From NCBI GenBank assembly GCA_010909165.1, contig VJWM01000203.1, positions 124,001 to 188,000 of the forward strand: 64,000 nucleotides of DNA. The letters run 5' to 3'. The DNA comes from Anthoceros angustus. Taxonomy: Eukaryota > Plantae > Anthocerotophyta. Shown in pieces: positions 10,440-22,468 of this stretch; the first letter of the stretch is position 1; each line of letters begins with the position of its first letter. A model generated the notes under the pieces. It was not told the origin of the DNA, ran no database searches, and worked only from the letters and a program-made list of their open reading frames with translations. Made by a program: the position numbers and the translations under genes.

Positions 10440-13350
10440 AGACCATTTGCGGGCACGGAACACGCTCTTCAACATGATTCTCTAAAGATATCAAAGGGAG
10501 CCACCTTGTTTCCTCGTTGTCTCGCCAAATAGGAGTCAGTAGGAGGCAGCTGTATCGAGCCTTGGGTTCTCAGCAAGGAGATGTGCATGGTGAAATATCT
10601 CACTGGTGTGGTGCAGGTAGGAAGACACGGAGTGACACAGTGCCAGGGTATGTGAAAGACGTAATTGTTCAGTTTTGGGAACTCGCCTCCAGACCATCAT
10701 CAAACACCAAGGACACAAAGCGGTTCAGAACTGCTCCAAAGGCGTTCATCACACATATCACTCATTTCCTTGATATGTCTCAGGTTTGTCTCAGGTGATA
10801 TGTCTGATTCTATTCTGATTTTGCTATCACCTGATATCACTTTTTCCCTCAGTTTGCAAGGCCGTGTTAAGGTGCCAGAATCGATGTTCAGCATGTTGTT
10901 CCACAATGCTCTTGGGGGTGCATGTTGGGCATGATTTGCGTTAATGCATCTCAAGTTTTGGTTCCTTCGCTCCCTGTGCTTCAGCCTGCCATTCAGTACT
11001 TTTTGCTGCACCCTTTGGTCACCCTCGACTCTGTGGCCTCTTGGCATCCAGCCTCCCAAGACACAAGGTCACGGTGTGGGCAGGGACATGTGCAATGACA
11101 GGTGCCCACTACGTGTGGACACTTGCTTGGTCCTGCATGGTGTCATGGTCACCTCAAATGTAACATGGTGACTACACGCAATTTATGTGACTCTATGGTC
11201 TTGTTGTAATCACATGGCCACGGATCACGTGCATATTCGGCGGTGCTACTTGTCCCGATGGTCATGCACGTGGGTGGCCAGCCCGCTCGTCCGAGTGGGG
11301 CTTGGGGTCATGTCCTTGGGATACGTGGGTAGTGGGTCACTTTCCCTATGACCCACTGCCCACTCGGGGCTGAATACATTCAGCAAGCCTGACACAAGTC
11401 GTTGTGGTGTCTGCAGACAGAGTTCTATCTCCGCTTTTGTCAGGAGCACCCGGACGTCCATCTTGGGCAAAGGACATTTGAGAAGTTGAAGCCTTTTTAC
11501 GTGAAGAGTTTGCAGGAACGTAATCTTTGCTGTTGTAGATATCACGTAGAGATGGCATTTTTAAAGGATGCTTTGAATGGCCTGCGTGGTTCAGTTTCCA
11601 AGATTCACTCCTGTGGCCATTGCCTTTGTTCCTGCATGGTATGTGCCCCTATCGGAGCCACACCAAGCCTTCCATGTAATCTGCCTCCACTGCAATCGGT
11701 GAGGGAGCTATGTGAGCGTTGTTGTGTCCAAAGGGACCAGATGAAGCTGGCATGCCCTTGCATGCTGCAGGGGCTTGGATGGGATTCCCAAGCTTTTGTT
11801 ACATCCATCGAGACCTCAGAGATTCAACCACAAGCTGTTCTAAAGTGGCGTTGTTTCCGATGCAGTGGTTGGTCGAGACGCAGATGGGAATGATAAGAAA
11901 GCGTATCAAGCTTGTGTTCATGGAAACACACCCTCGAGTTTGTGTTTCACTTCAAGGTAAAGCTCAAGGAGTTTGTGTTTCACTTCAAGGTAAAGCTCAA
12001 GGAGTTTGTGCTGCATGATTTTGTGCAACGGTGGCAAGGGATAGAGTTCAGGCAGTGCTTGGAATGGTTTCCACAAGACGTAGTTGTTTCTGTCATGGAC
12101 TTCTCCCAGAACTATGCATTTGGTGTCTAGAATGAGATACAGTCTATGCACTGGCAAAATGATCAGGTATCAATCTTCGTGTTGGTGTTCTACCGCCGGA
12201 ATAGCTCTGTGGATGCAGATGATCCTGCTGCATCCATCGAGAAATACTACCATTTTTACATTAGTGATGATCTTGTTCATGACACGTTGTTTGTGCAACA
12301 TTGCTTGCTCCAGCACTGGCAATGGATGCAGGATGCGAGTTTCCCACCGGGAACATTGCCGGGCTTGATAACAAGCCGCCCAAGGCATGCCGCCCAAGCT
12401 ATTTCATTGCTCGCTACCCAAGCCTCACGGATGGGTGTAACATGCTCCGTCATACTTTGGGAGTGGCCATGGGAAGGGGAGCACGATGGTGCGGTGCGAT
12501 CTTGAAGCGATCGCTACGGGCGTGAGTCATCTCCGGCAAAGGCGCTTAATGTGCTGATGTTGTGGAGTACTTGTCCGCAACCATATCGGGCGGGCAAGTT
12601 CATATGCCTCTGGGCAGCATGGGCATGTGTTTTGGTTAATTGGTAAACATGAGGTAAACAGGAGGGCCAAGCATGGTTGTGATCCTATTCCTGGTTCCAA
12701 GACAATGCACAGCCTCTACGGCTGTAGCATGGCTGACCCAACGCATGCTGTTGATGCGGCGCCTGGCATGCTTTTGTGTTGACTGCTTAGAGCAACCATT
12801 CAAACTGTGAAACAGTTCCACACTCTGGCTGTTGGACGCCTGTGAGGATCAAACCTCATGCCCAGAGCATTGGTCCCCGCGTAACTCGAGGAACAGCCAA
12901 TCACGCAGCAACATTGTTGGAGGATGCGGTCCTCCTTCCCCCTCCTGCTAATCTCGGTGAAAATGACATCGAGTCTGACGCTGTTGATGTGTTAGACATG
13001 GCAGATGTCCTCGAAGTCGGGGACAACTTCCTTGTACTTGGCGACCATGAAGATGAAGGTCAGAGCTTTTACCTACTTCGCTGTACTCAGCCTAAGCACA
13101 CATTGCTTCACGATTGCTGTTGCCCATGGTCTAATGTCACTTACAAAGCAGGGGATTACGTAGTGCGTGGTCCAGACACACTGCAAGAGGACCTCGCTTC
13201 TGGCAGGTAATGTAATGGATATGGACAACGCATTCTCCAGCCCATATTGTTCGGACATGCAAGTTTGAAATGGAGATGCATGGACAAGATGGTGATGACC
13301 TTTGTTTGTGCTCACAAAGAGGCCTTACAGGTAGTGAAAGGTGTTGTGCA
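10440..13350 (+). mobile_element. Degenerate DDE-type DNA transposase (DFxxNY...QSxHW...SDDxxHD...HGKGxxDG type), with introns, stops and frameshifts; superfamily uncertain, possibly Sola-like
   Basis: Fragments GQRTFEKLKPFYVK...CCCRYHVE, VMDFSQNYAFGV*NEIQSMHWQ, ISDDLVHDTLFVQHC and a frameshifted GSGHGKG(E)HDGA(G)AILKR. Confidence 0.7.
11936..12010 (+). repeat. 33-bp in-frame tandem duplication (2.3 copies) within the transposase
   Basis: GAGTTTGTGTTTCACTTCAAGGTAAAGCTCAAG x2 plus a partial copy; translates EFVFHFKVKLK twice. Confidence 0.9.
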
Positions 13351-13639
13351 AGAAAGTGTACAAGATGCTTCCGTCATGGGCCCTTGAATGTCACTTGAAT
13401 ACTTGTCACTGAAAGACCCAAGGATGATATGATAAATCCACTGGCTTGAAATCCATTGTGGAGCACATGAGTCGTGCAGAATTCTGTCTCCTCTGGAATT
13501 GTTCGTCTATGTCTCGATTGATATCGCTGCATATGCTTGAAACCGGCGGCTAGTGTGATGTGGAACATGACCAAACACGGCAGCCATGTCTGCATCCTGT
13601 GACCCATACATCGATACTTCCACGCGTCCCCATGAGATA

Positions 13640-13677
13640 CCTCCTTCACCCGCGTTCCTGAACGCGGGTGAAGGAGG
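13640..13677. repeat. Perfect 17-bp inverted repeat with 4-nt loop
   Basis: CCTCCTTCACCCGCGTT-CCTG-AACGCGGGTGAAGGAGG. Confidence 0.9.
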
Positions 13678-14420
13678 AGAAAATAAAAGGGAAACGACAA
13701 GTTGTTCCCCTCTCAGGTGCAGGGGAGGAGTCGTTGCCGCTAGGAGAGATTGGAGTGGGTGAGGAAGTAGTGGCAAACCAACCCCTAGAAGAAGAGGGGT
13801 TAGTTTCGATAGCCAAGTCCGCGACGGAGCTCCGGAACATTTTTGGCGACATTTCACTGACCCGACCGGCTGAAGTGGAGACAGGTGACACCGCCCGCGT
13901 GCGAGAATTGTTGTGGAGGGGAATGGGCACGGGGGCAGCCCAATTCGGGAATCTACAGGCCCTGACTTCGGCCATGGCTCAGACGCAGGCGGATCTCCTC
14001 GACCAGGCAGCCATGGCTCTCACCTGGCTGAGTGTGCAGGGCCAACAGGAAAAGTTGCTCAAGGAAAAGTTGGAGAGCCTAGAAGGCGAGAACAAGGTGG
14101 CAGAGGAGCGCAGACGGGAATGCGAGGCGGCCCTATGTAAGGCACAGGAGCAGCTAAGGGCCATGTCCACCCAACAGGAGGCCTTAGTAAATCAGGTCAA
14201 GGGGGCGCATGCTACAATTGAGGAGCTTCAAGATGAGGTCTCGCGAGCCGGAGCAAGTGGAAACAATGGCGCCTCTGGAGAAATTCAAGAAGTCATGGAG
14301 AGATACAAGCGAGAGAGATGAAGCTAGGGCGAGTCAAGAGGCGGCCAAACCGAAGAAGAGGCGAGCCACGACAGCAGAGTCAAGCCACCACCGTGGGGGA
14401 AGCCACCACCACGGTGGCTA
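13668..14420 (+). pseudogene. Coiled-coil accessory ORF remnant, probably retrotransposon-derived
   Basis: Heptad-rich 217-aa frame opening at a GTG; the downstream KKRRATTAE resembles KKRRAATAE at ~2940. Confidence 0.4.
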
Positions 14421-16125
14421 AACCGGCCACCGTCGCGGAAGAAGGAACCGAGGTGGGGGAAGTCACCAATGTGAGGCTGGGGGATCGACCCGGATTCCGG
14501 AAGGCAGCCGGCTCAGGATTGTCTACGGGAGGAGAGGGAGGGGGCAGAAACTACTGGCTCACATCTTGACCGCCACGGGCGTTTACCAGTGGTTCTTCCG
14601 AACGGGAGCTGGGGCCTATCCCCCCCAAGTGGTGATTAAGGAAATGGCGGGAGGCGAGGCGGGCGGAGCACTGCGGTGGCTTTCCAGTGATGAGGAGGCG
14701 GAATAACAGCATAGGGCCTCTGACGCCGACGCCCACGGGAAGACGCGAAGAAACCGCAGGCAGCGACAGGGAGGTGGAGGTTTTGGGGGAGAATCGCTCG
14801 GATCGAGGCGGGCGGGAGGCGAGGCGAGGGGACCCCTATCGGTCAGCAGGCTAGCGGCAATCACCAGACGTACCGATTTTAGAGGAGCGCGATATCGCAG
14901 GCCAAGGGTTTCTTTTTCGGGTTAGAGGATAGGATGTTTGAGGATCCGCAGAGCTATAGTTACCAGGAACGGTAGGAGCGCCCGTGGTAGTGGGCCATAT
15001 TCTATAGACACTGGTGGGGAGTGAGCTGTGGAGATCCGCAGCTGGATGTATAAGAGACCATTTTTGCGTCTCTTTTAACAGACAATTTCAGGTGTGAGCT
15101 TCCGTGTGTTGTAGCTATGCGTGAGGTTGGTTAGAGACGTCTGACTAGCATCAAACTCGTTTGATGCACTGCCTTCTCGTCACAAGAAGGCCGGGAAGAT
15201 CCCTGGATGGTCGAGAGCGGAGTGGCCAAGCTCCACGTCTGGAAGCGGTGGAAGGTAACTGGCGCACGTCGGGGAAGAGGTAGGAATTGCCGCGGAGGGC
15301 TGGGACGGAACTGCCGGAAGGCGAATCGCCTAAGCACTGACCAGTATTTTCTTCCTGTTCTTCCTTCCCAAACTGCCGCCTACAGGCGTGTTTTATTCCA
15401 AGAGGGAAGAGGGGGTCTGTGTGGCCCGAGAGGGGGTCTGTGTGGCCCGAGAGGGGGTCTGTGTGGCCCAAAGAGAGGGGAGTTGAGTGTGTGTGGTGAG
15501 GGATTGTGTGTGCGTGCGGGGAAAATCCGGGAACAAGTGAGAAGGGTGGAAGCGAGTGGCGGAATCGCGGGGAACTAGCGACGGGGAAGGCGCGATTCGA
15601 GGTCAGAGTGCATAACTCCCGGAAGGATCCGATCGCGGTTAACCCTGGAAGCGAGGTAAGGGTGCATGTAGGTGTGGGTAGAGAAGCCGGTGATAAATAG
15701 TTACCCGCGACACGAGGGCGCACTATGGGTGGAGCCCGCCACAATGGTTGAACCAGCCACTACAGTGGTTGAACCAGCCACTACAGTGGATGAGTCTTCC
15801 ACGGTGGTGGGTTTGGGCATGGTAGCTGGATACGGAGAGGTAGTGATCGATCGTGGTAGGGCTAGAGTCTGTAGTTTTAGAACATCTTGACACAAAACCA
15901 TTCCCTTGGGATCGAATCTTAGGACTATAACGACATAGAGGGTAAATGTGGCCTCTTTGCATCTTCGGATGCAAAACCCCGTTCCACACATAGATACATA
16001 GATCAATTGTATTTATTACGAGGGCAAAGTCAGCATATGAGTGTAATGGTGTAATATTGTGAATGTTTATGATTTACAAGTGTGGATATGTGGGCAATGA
16101 GGTCTCTTCCCAAGGGATGGAATGT

Positions 16126-16188
16126 GAAGAAGAAGAAGAAGAAGAATTTTATTTAAGTCCACTAAGGACGGATTTTCGTCATGGGACT
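16126..16188 (-). mobile_element. Putative LINE/SINE 3' tail: stem-loop followed by (TTC)n
   Basis: A ~45-bp motif plus a (GAA)n run, closely similar to 46825-46887. Confidence 0.45.
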
Positions 16189-16369
16189 TGGTACTTAACA
16201 ACTTGTACCATGGTATGCCTAAGCTACTTGCACCAAGGGCATCCATTCCCTTTAGGCACCCCATCTAAGTACCGATCCAAGCGCATGATGCTTAATAATC
16301 ACGTTCTTATAAATGTGTGTCCATGTGGCTACGTTGAGGCGGGGCGCTTGCCGGAGGCAATGTGCACAT

Positions 16370-16990
16370 ATTTGTAGAGGATTTCTTTATTAAGAGGAGA
16401 AGATGATGTGGGAGAGACCATCCAGCATAGGACATCAAAGGGAGACTCCCCATATCTGCACATATAGTAACAAGCCTTGCATGAGAAGCATGCAGCCCTG
16501 GATCTAGTTAGTAAGTTGTAAGTAGTGGTGGTAAGACTTAGCTTAGGACTTAAGAAAGAAAGTCTGCTTTAAGCAGTTACTTTGGAAATGTTGTAAGCCT
16601 CCCTATAAAAGGAGATGAGGCTAGCCCTAGAGAAGCATCTTGTGATCCTAGCATGGGGAGCTACACTCTTGAGGATAGGACTTTGGAGCCTAGAGGCCTT
16701 GGGAGCTTGGAGTGTGAGCATGTCTAGAAGGATCCTAACACTTGGGAGCTACACTCTTGTGAGGATAGGACTTTGGTGCCTAGAGGCCTTGGGAGCCTAG
16801 AGTGTGAGCGTGCTAGAGGAGAGCTGTTGAGGAGGAGATCGAGGGGATTGAGTTAAGCTCCTAGCTTAGGCAAAGATGGGGAGCTCTCTCTGATCTCTCA
16901 TGTATTCTTGTTGACTCTTGACTCTTGCTGGAATAAATAGCAGCGACAGATGTGCTGACTGCGAGTTGTCCCGTGGAAGGACGGCGGGCT
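16370..16990 (+). mobile_element. LTR-like segment with TATA box and an internal ~90-bp tandem repeat; boundaries approximate
   Basis: CCTATAAAAGG at ~16603; GCTACACTCTT(GT)GAGGATAGGACTTTGG.GCCTAGAGGCCTTGGGAGC occurs twice (16660-16800). Confidence 0.4.
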
Positions 16991-18141
16991 ACTTGGAGGC
17001 CTAGTGCTGGTGTATGGTGATGTTTTTGTCGCTAACTATGTGACTGCCCCACCTCGCTGAAAAGGGGGTGTTACTCATATGCTGAATATTCCTTTTGGCG
17101 TGCTGAATATTCCTTTTGGCGTGGGCTGATGATAATAACTGGAAACGACCATTTCTCTGGCCAATAGCCTGAAAAGTCCAGAACTGAAAAAACAAAACAA
17201 GGCTGGCGCCCTTCCGTGTCCATGTTTCCTTACCCTTGAGGACCCGTATGGGCGACTGTCATAACCTGAAGGACGACATATCTAACAAGCTTGCACCTGC
17301 TGCAAATGCCCTGGCTTTGAAAGCCAACTCCACTTAAGTATGTAGGCGATCAGACTTACCTTCCAGTTTGCAAGGTGCAAGACTGAGGCCAACATCCACA
17401 GTCTCCCGAACGCTGGCAGGTTCCAGGACACACACTTGACACAAGCAAGAGATGGGGGCTGGCTTTGGTGGACCAGAACGAGCTGTGATTGCTCATTTTG
17501 GACAAGGCTGCCAATCGGGGAATTGGTGTAGTGCATCAAATCTCACCGAACGAGGGTTGAAAGAGTCATGTAAGAGCATCCCCGCTCACGGGCTGCGCAG
17601 CGGCCTGCGTGATTCGACTCTGCCGTCTTCTGTAAAGGATTTTAAAAGCTCTAGATTGCATGATTTCGAAGGAGGTTTCGCGAATTTGGCACTCGTTACA
17701 GTGATTGGTGGAGAAGGACGGCCCCACGCTAACGGACTCTGCGGGCTGCAGCTCAGTGTGCTATCGGCTTGTGTGAAGGTTTGGGACGAGGTGATCCAGA
17801 CATGGGACCAACCCTGGGAGTGGTCTCTCATGACCAAATCACAAAGCCACGCACCGCTTGTGAGGACCGTGGTGTGTACATTTCTCTCAGCATGACGACC
17901 TTTTGCACAGGGGAGCATTTTTGACACCTTAAGACGTTATAGCGTACGTTTTGCCCGCAGCAAAAATGCACTGCCTGCAAACGTCAAAAGGAGGAGACAG
18001 CTTCGAGCAGAGAACCTCAGGTAGCTGCATTGCCGTGCTGCGGCTTGCTAGTACTGGATCTCCAGCTGCTGGGGCTGAAAGGTATGTCCTCCCTGCAGTC
18101 ATGTGGTAAAAGCAAGAAACGTTTGAGAGTCAAGCGTATAT

Positions 18142-20892
18142 ATGTTGGGATGTTTGGAATTGCACCAAGTCCCTACCCCAATGTCTGGACGACTAATACA
18201 GGTGCTTTGCAAGGAGGGCCGCCTGCATGAAGCATTGCTTGTTCTTTTTCACAAGGAGGAGCAGGGAAGTGTGCCTTCTATCCTTGTTTACAAGACGCTG
18301 CTGCGGGCTTGCACGAAGCAGAGGGCCCTTGCTGGGGCCAAGAGAGTGCACAGTCATTTGGCCAAACACGGATTCGAGTCCCACAGAGTACTGGGGAACC
18401 TTGTGGTGACTACTCTCATCCACTGTGGGGGCCTTGCGGACGGGCTCCAGTTGTTCTGGACACTTGTGCACAGAACCGCTTTCTGTTGGACAGCAGTCAT
18501 CTCCGGATACATCAGAGGCGGACAATTTCATGAGGCTCTCTCGTGCTATGAGCAGATGCGGAAGGAGGGTGTACAGCCTGACAGCTACACTTTTGTCAGG
18601 TTACTGAATGCTTGCAGCAAGGTAAGAGACCTGGAAACTGGGAAGCGGATGCATGCTGACGCTGTGGCCCACGGCCTTGCTTCGGATGTGGTCATAGGCA
18701 ACACATTGGTTCACATGTATGCAAAGTGCGGAGGCATCGACACTGCACAGCAGGTGTTCGATGGGTTATCTGAGCGGAGTGCAGTGTCTTGGAATGCGAT
18801 GCTTGCAGCATATGCTGGGAGGGAGCAAGGGGAGCTCGCCTTGGAGCTGTATGAGCAGATGCAAGAGGCGGGGGTGAAGCCAAATGCAGTGACCTTCGTG
18901 ACTGCAATACAAGCTTGTGAAACCATGGCGGAAAAGGAGATAAGGGCAGTTGTCCATGGACGATTTGTCAAAGTCCACGCCCTGCGCCATGGCAAAAAAA
19001 TGCATGCTGACGCTACATTGATGGGGTTCGAAGCTGACATATTTGTGGGTAGTACTTTGGTCAAGATGTATTCAAAATGTGGGAGCATCAAGGATGCAGA
19101 AGTCTCCTTCCAGAGGCTGTCTAAACGGGACTTGGTGTCTTGGAATGCCCTGATTGCAGCCTATGCAGAGCATGACCTGGGAGAAAAGGCGTTGCAGGTG
19201 TTTAAGCAGATGCAAGAAGAAGGGGTGGGGCCAGATGCACGGACCTTTGTCAGTGCTCTCCAAGCTTGTGGCAGCCTTGGAGAAGCTGAAGATTCTGCAT
19301 ATGTGGACGAGCAAGATGTGAAGGTGAAATCGCTGCATACTGGAAAGGGCATCCATGCTGGGGCTGCAGGAAGGGGCTTTGATTCGAACCTTTTCGTTGG
19401 AAACACATTGGTTAGCATGTACGCAAAGTGTGGAAGCATTGCCAATGCGCAACATGTGTTTGATGGATTGACCAGGCGTAGTGCAGTATCGTGGAATGCA
19501 TTGCTTGCAGGTTATGCTCAGCAAGAGCACGGGCAGAAAGCTTTGCACATCTATCAGCAAATGCAGGAAGAAGGCGTCAGGCCAAATGCACGGACCTTGG
19601 TGGGCACGCTCCAAGCCCGTGGCAGGCTCGCAGAAAAGGAGCAAAGTGTAGTAGTGGCTGGGCGAAATGTGAAATTGGAGTCACTGCGGAAGGGTAGGGA
19701 GATACATGCAGGAGCAATTAGATGGGGGTTGGAAGCAGACATGTTTGTCAGTAGCGGTTTAGTGGGAATGTATGCGAAGTGCGGTAGCATCAAGGATGCA
19801 GAAGAGGTGTTTGATAGGCTGTCCCAGCGCGATGTTGTTGCGTGGACCGCCATGATTGCAGCCTATGTGGAGCAAGAGCAAGGGGAGCAGGCTTTGCAAC
19901 TGTATGGCGAAATGAAAGTGCAAGGTGTAAAGGCACATGAGGCTACATTTGTTGCTGTGTTGGAAGCCTGTGGCACTACAGGAGCCTTGGGCATGTGCAA
20001 ACTCATCCACAGAGACATCGTGGAAGCTGAGCTGGACGAGTCCAGTATTTGCGTGGCGACCAGTCTGATTCATGCTTACGGCACATGTGGAAGCATGAGG
20101 GATGCTCAGTCTGTGTTCAACTCCCTAGCTCGGCCCAGTGTAGTGACGTGGAATGCGCTGATGGCTGGTTATGGTCATGTAGGAGATGGGTGTGCGATGA
20201 CACTGCGATGCTTTGAGGAGATGTGTAGCGCAGGCGTGAAACCAACAGGTCAAACATTTGTGGCACTTCTGTCTGCCTTCAGTCATGCGGGCATGGTGGA
20301 AACAGGATTGGGGTACTTCGAGAGCATGAGCAGAGATCACGGCATTTTGGCAGGGGTGGAGCATTATGCTTGTGTTATGGATCTCGTGGGTCGGGCAGGT
20401 CTGTTTGACAAGGCAGAAGAGCTACTGAGAGACATGCCCATGCAGCCTACTTTGCATGTGTGGTTGTGTTTGCTGAGTGCCTGCCGAAAGCATGGCAATT
20501 TGGCGCTTGCACAGCGCGCCTTCAGTCGGGCAGTGGAGTTGGAGCCAAAACATAGTGCAGCCTATCGGTTGATGTCGAACCTTTATGCTGATGCTGGCAT
20601 GCAGGAGCGTGCTGTGGAGGTGGAAAGGCTTAGGCAGATGGCCAGCGCGTGGAAGGAGCCTGGGCAAAGCTGGATAGAGTATGGGCAAAGGGTGCACACA
20701 TTTATTGTAGGAGATGGCAGGCATGAGCAGGAGAAGGCGCTGCACGGGTTGGTCAAAGATTTGACCGCTTGCGTGAATGAGTGCAATGCAAGCAAAAGTT
20801 TCAAGTTTCCCCTGGAGATCGAACATGAGGAGCCTCCAAAAGGCTTGTATTACAAGCATGGTATTCCAGGTTACAGCACAAGCAAACCTTGA
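18142..20892 (+). CDS. PLS-class PPR protein, E+ (PG box, no deaminase signature), with three insertion-bearing L motifs
   Basis: 916-aa uninterrupted ORF; repeated MYAKCGS/VSWNAM motifs, E1-E2, then WKEPGQSWIE...HTFIVGD; no HxE or CxxC. Confidence 0.92.
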   Translation: MLGCLELHQVPTPMSGRLIQVLCKEGRLHEALLVLFHKEEQGSVPSILVYKTLLRACTKQRALAGAKRVHSHLAKHGFESHRVLGNLVVTTLIHCGGLADGLQLFWTLVHRTAFCWTAVISGYIRGGQFHEALSCYEQMRKEGVQPDSYTFVRLLNACSKVRDLETGKRMHADAVAHGLASDVVIGNTLVHMYAKCGGIDTAQQVFDGLSERSAVSWNAMLAAYAGREQGELALELYEQMQEAGVKPNAVTFVTAIQACETMAEKEIRAVVHGRFVKVHALRHGKKMHADATLMGFEADIFVGSTLVKMYSKCGSIKDAEVSFQRLSKRDLVSWNALIAAYAEHDLGEKALQVFKQMQEEGVGPDARTFVSALQACGSLGEAEDSAYVDEQDVKVKSLHTGKGIHAGAAGRGFDSNLFVGNTLVSMYAKCGSIANAQHVFDGLTRRSAVSWNALLAGYAQQEHGQKALHIYQQMQEEGVRPNARTLVGTLQARGRLAEKEQSVVVAGRNVKLESLRKGREIHAGAIRWGLEADMFVSSGLVGMYAKCGSIKDAEEVFDRLSQRDVVAWTAMIAAYVEQEQGEQALQLYGEMKVQGVKAHEATFVAVLEACGTTGALGMCKLIHRDIVEAELDESSICVATSLIHAYGTCGSMRDAQSVFNSLARPSVVTWNALMAGYGHVGDGCAMTLRCFEEMCSAGVKPTGQTFVALLSAFSHAGMVETGLGYFESMSRDHGILAGVEHYACVMDLVGRAGLFDKAEELLRDMPMQPTLHVWLCLLSACRKHGNLALAQRAFSRAVELEPKHSAAYRLMSNLYADAGMQERAVEVERLRQMASAWKEPGQSWIEYGQRVHTFIVGDGRHEQEKALHGLVKDLTACVNECNASKSFKFPLEIEHEEPPKGLYYKHGIPGYSTSKP

Positions 20893-21299
20893 GACACAGC
20901 AGAACCATTGAACTGGTGAACAATTCAACAAGAAAGACATGAGCAATCAACCCATCCACCCAATCACAAGGTGAATCAAGAGGAGCAAACCAAGCATCTA
21001 CCGACCCACCCAACCAAGCACGTGAAGCAATGATATGGACACGTTTCTCCTTCTTTGCCGGATTGCAGTGAAAGCAGGTGGTCGACGCTCCACCTGCAGC
21101 ACGGGGCTGCTTGCTGTAAATTTCGTGCAGATGTTTCAGCTGGGATACTTGGTCACTGGCGCATGCTCTTGAACGTGGAGGACAAGGCAAGCAAGATGTG
21201 AAGAAGAAACTGGCAGGAGCCGGACGACATTAATCCGCCCGAAGGAGGAAGAGAGGAAAGGAATGGTGCAGCACTAGACTACGTCATGGCCCACTAAGA

Positions 21300-21899
21300 T
21301 CACTTGGGCCAGACACTGACTTTCTCCTTCTCCAACTTAATGAAGAGGGCGGCTGCGCTGAGCATGAAGTAAGCCTGCAAGAAGATGGTGGAGGAGTCAT
21401 GGAAGTTGATGAAGCTGGTGCCTGTGGCCAGTTCCACCAGCAGGACAGCCGCCAGCCCCAGAGCTGCAAACTTGCCGTTGAGCCGCTCCGAGTAGGAATT
21501 GAAGCCCAGCTGCACGGGCAGCCCGCTAGACACAGCTTCCCGCAGGGGAACCGCAGGCAAAAACAGCGAGGCTGCTTTGCCACCACCATCTCCTGATGCT
21601 ACTGCTGCTGCTGCTGCTGCTCCTCCTTCCTTCCTGGCTTTGCGAATCTCCGCCTTCTTGCCCGTCCCGCTCGTCACCTTGCGCTGCAGCTTGCTCAGCC
21701 GAGCCTCGAATTCATCGTCCGACTCCACCTGCGTCTCGGACGACTCGGAGCCAGAGACATCGCCACCGGAAGATTCCAGGGCCCGAGCTGCCACTTTGCG
21801 TCCAGACAATGCCCTGGGCTTGGAGCGAGCTCCCACAGAGATGCGGTTGCTGGGGAGCAGAGCCAAAGGCAGGGCTAGCCCTGCTGATGCTACTGCCAT
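21300..21899 (-). CDS. LHC-like stress-enhanced protein (SEP5-like), plastid transit peptide, intronless
   Basis: GFNSYSERLNGKFAALGL...VELATG matches the chlorophyll-binding helix motif ERxNGRxAxxG; conserved SGTGKKAEIRK and KEKVSVWP; Ala/Ser-rich N-terminus. Confidence 0.8.
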   Translation of the reverse strand: MAVASAGLALPLALLPSNRISVGARSKPRALSGRKVAARALESSGGDVSGSESSETQVESDDEFEARLSKLQRKVTSGTGKKAEIRKARKEGGAAAAAAVASGDGGGKAASLFLPAVPLREAVSSGLPVQLGFNSYSERLNGKFAALGLAAVLLVELATGTSFINFHDSSTIFLQAYFMLSAAALFIKLEKEKVSVWPK

Positions 21900-22149
21900 G
21901 GATCACTCCCAAGTTGGATATTTGTATGCGACACTGGTTTCCTCCTGTTTCGTCACAATGAGAGGCTCACGACTGAGCAATCCGAAGCACTCGGCTATAA
22001 CTTGAATGTGGGCGCCCCTTTTACAGCAGCACCGCAGAAGTGTAGGATACATATCATCTCTCCTTGTGTTTGTGTCTGTGTTTGTCTGGATACATAGACT
22101 GTCTTCCCGTATTTTTCACGATCCACTCAGACACAGGCATGCTTGCACA

Positions 22150-22260
22150 CCATTACAGGAATCAGCTGTGAGGCATGAACCTGATGGGGATTCCCAGTCC
22201 GTGTGGAGCTGCTGCTGCGTGTTGTGGGGAGCAGGGTGTGGCGATTCTGTGCAAGCAGGG
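22150..22260 (+). pseudogene. 5' stub of a PPR gene, paralog of the 23819 gene, with the start codon deleted
   Basis: GAGGCATGAACCTGATGGGGATTCCCAGTCC...TTCTGTGCAAGCAGGG...CTGGACAAGG aligns with 23841-23948. Confidence 0.75.
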
Positions 22261-22468
22261 TTGTGCTGGACAAGGGGGGTGGGTTTGTCACCAAGCAAGT
22301 GACCACATCCTGCCTAAGCTGCTCGTATGCACTCCCACTTGTAGTTGAAAATGGAGTAGGCGCTGAGCAAGCAGACATTCAGAAATCTCCTCCTACCTAT
22401 GTAAGTTGTCATGCAATGGATTTCGCAGTTCCTGAATTCAGCTACACTGTACGCCACCCTGTCTGTGG

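Noticed and set aside
16660-16800. Repeat-spacer-like pattern, also the 21-bp repeats at 15410-15470, 15745-15790 and 17080-17122
   Set aside because: Simple head-to-tail tandem repeats with no unique spacers and no cas genes, in a eukaryotic context; not CRISPR.
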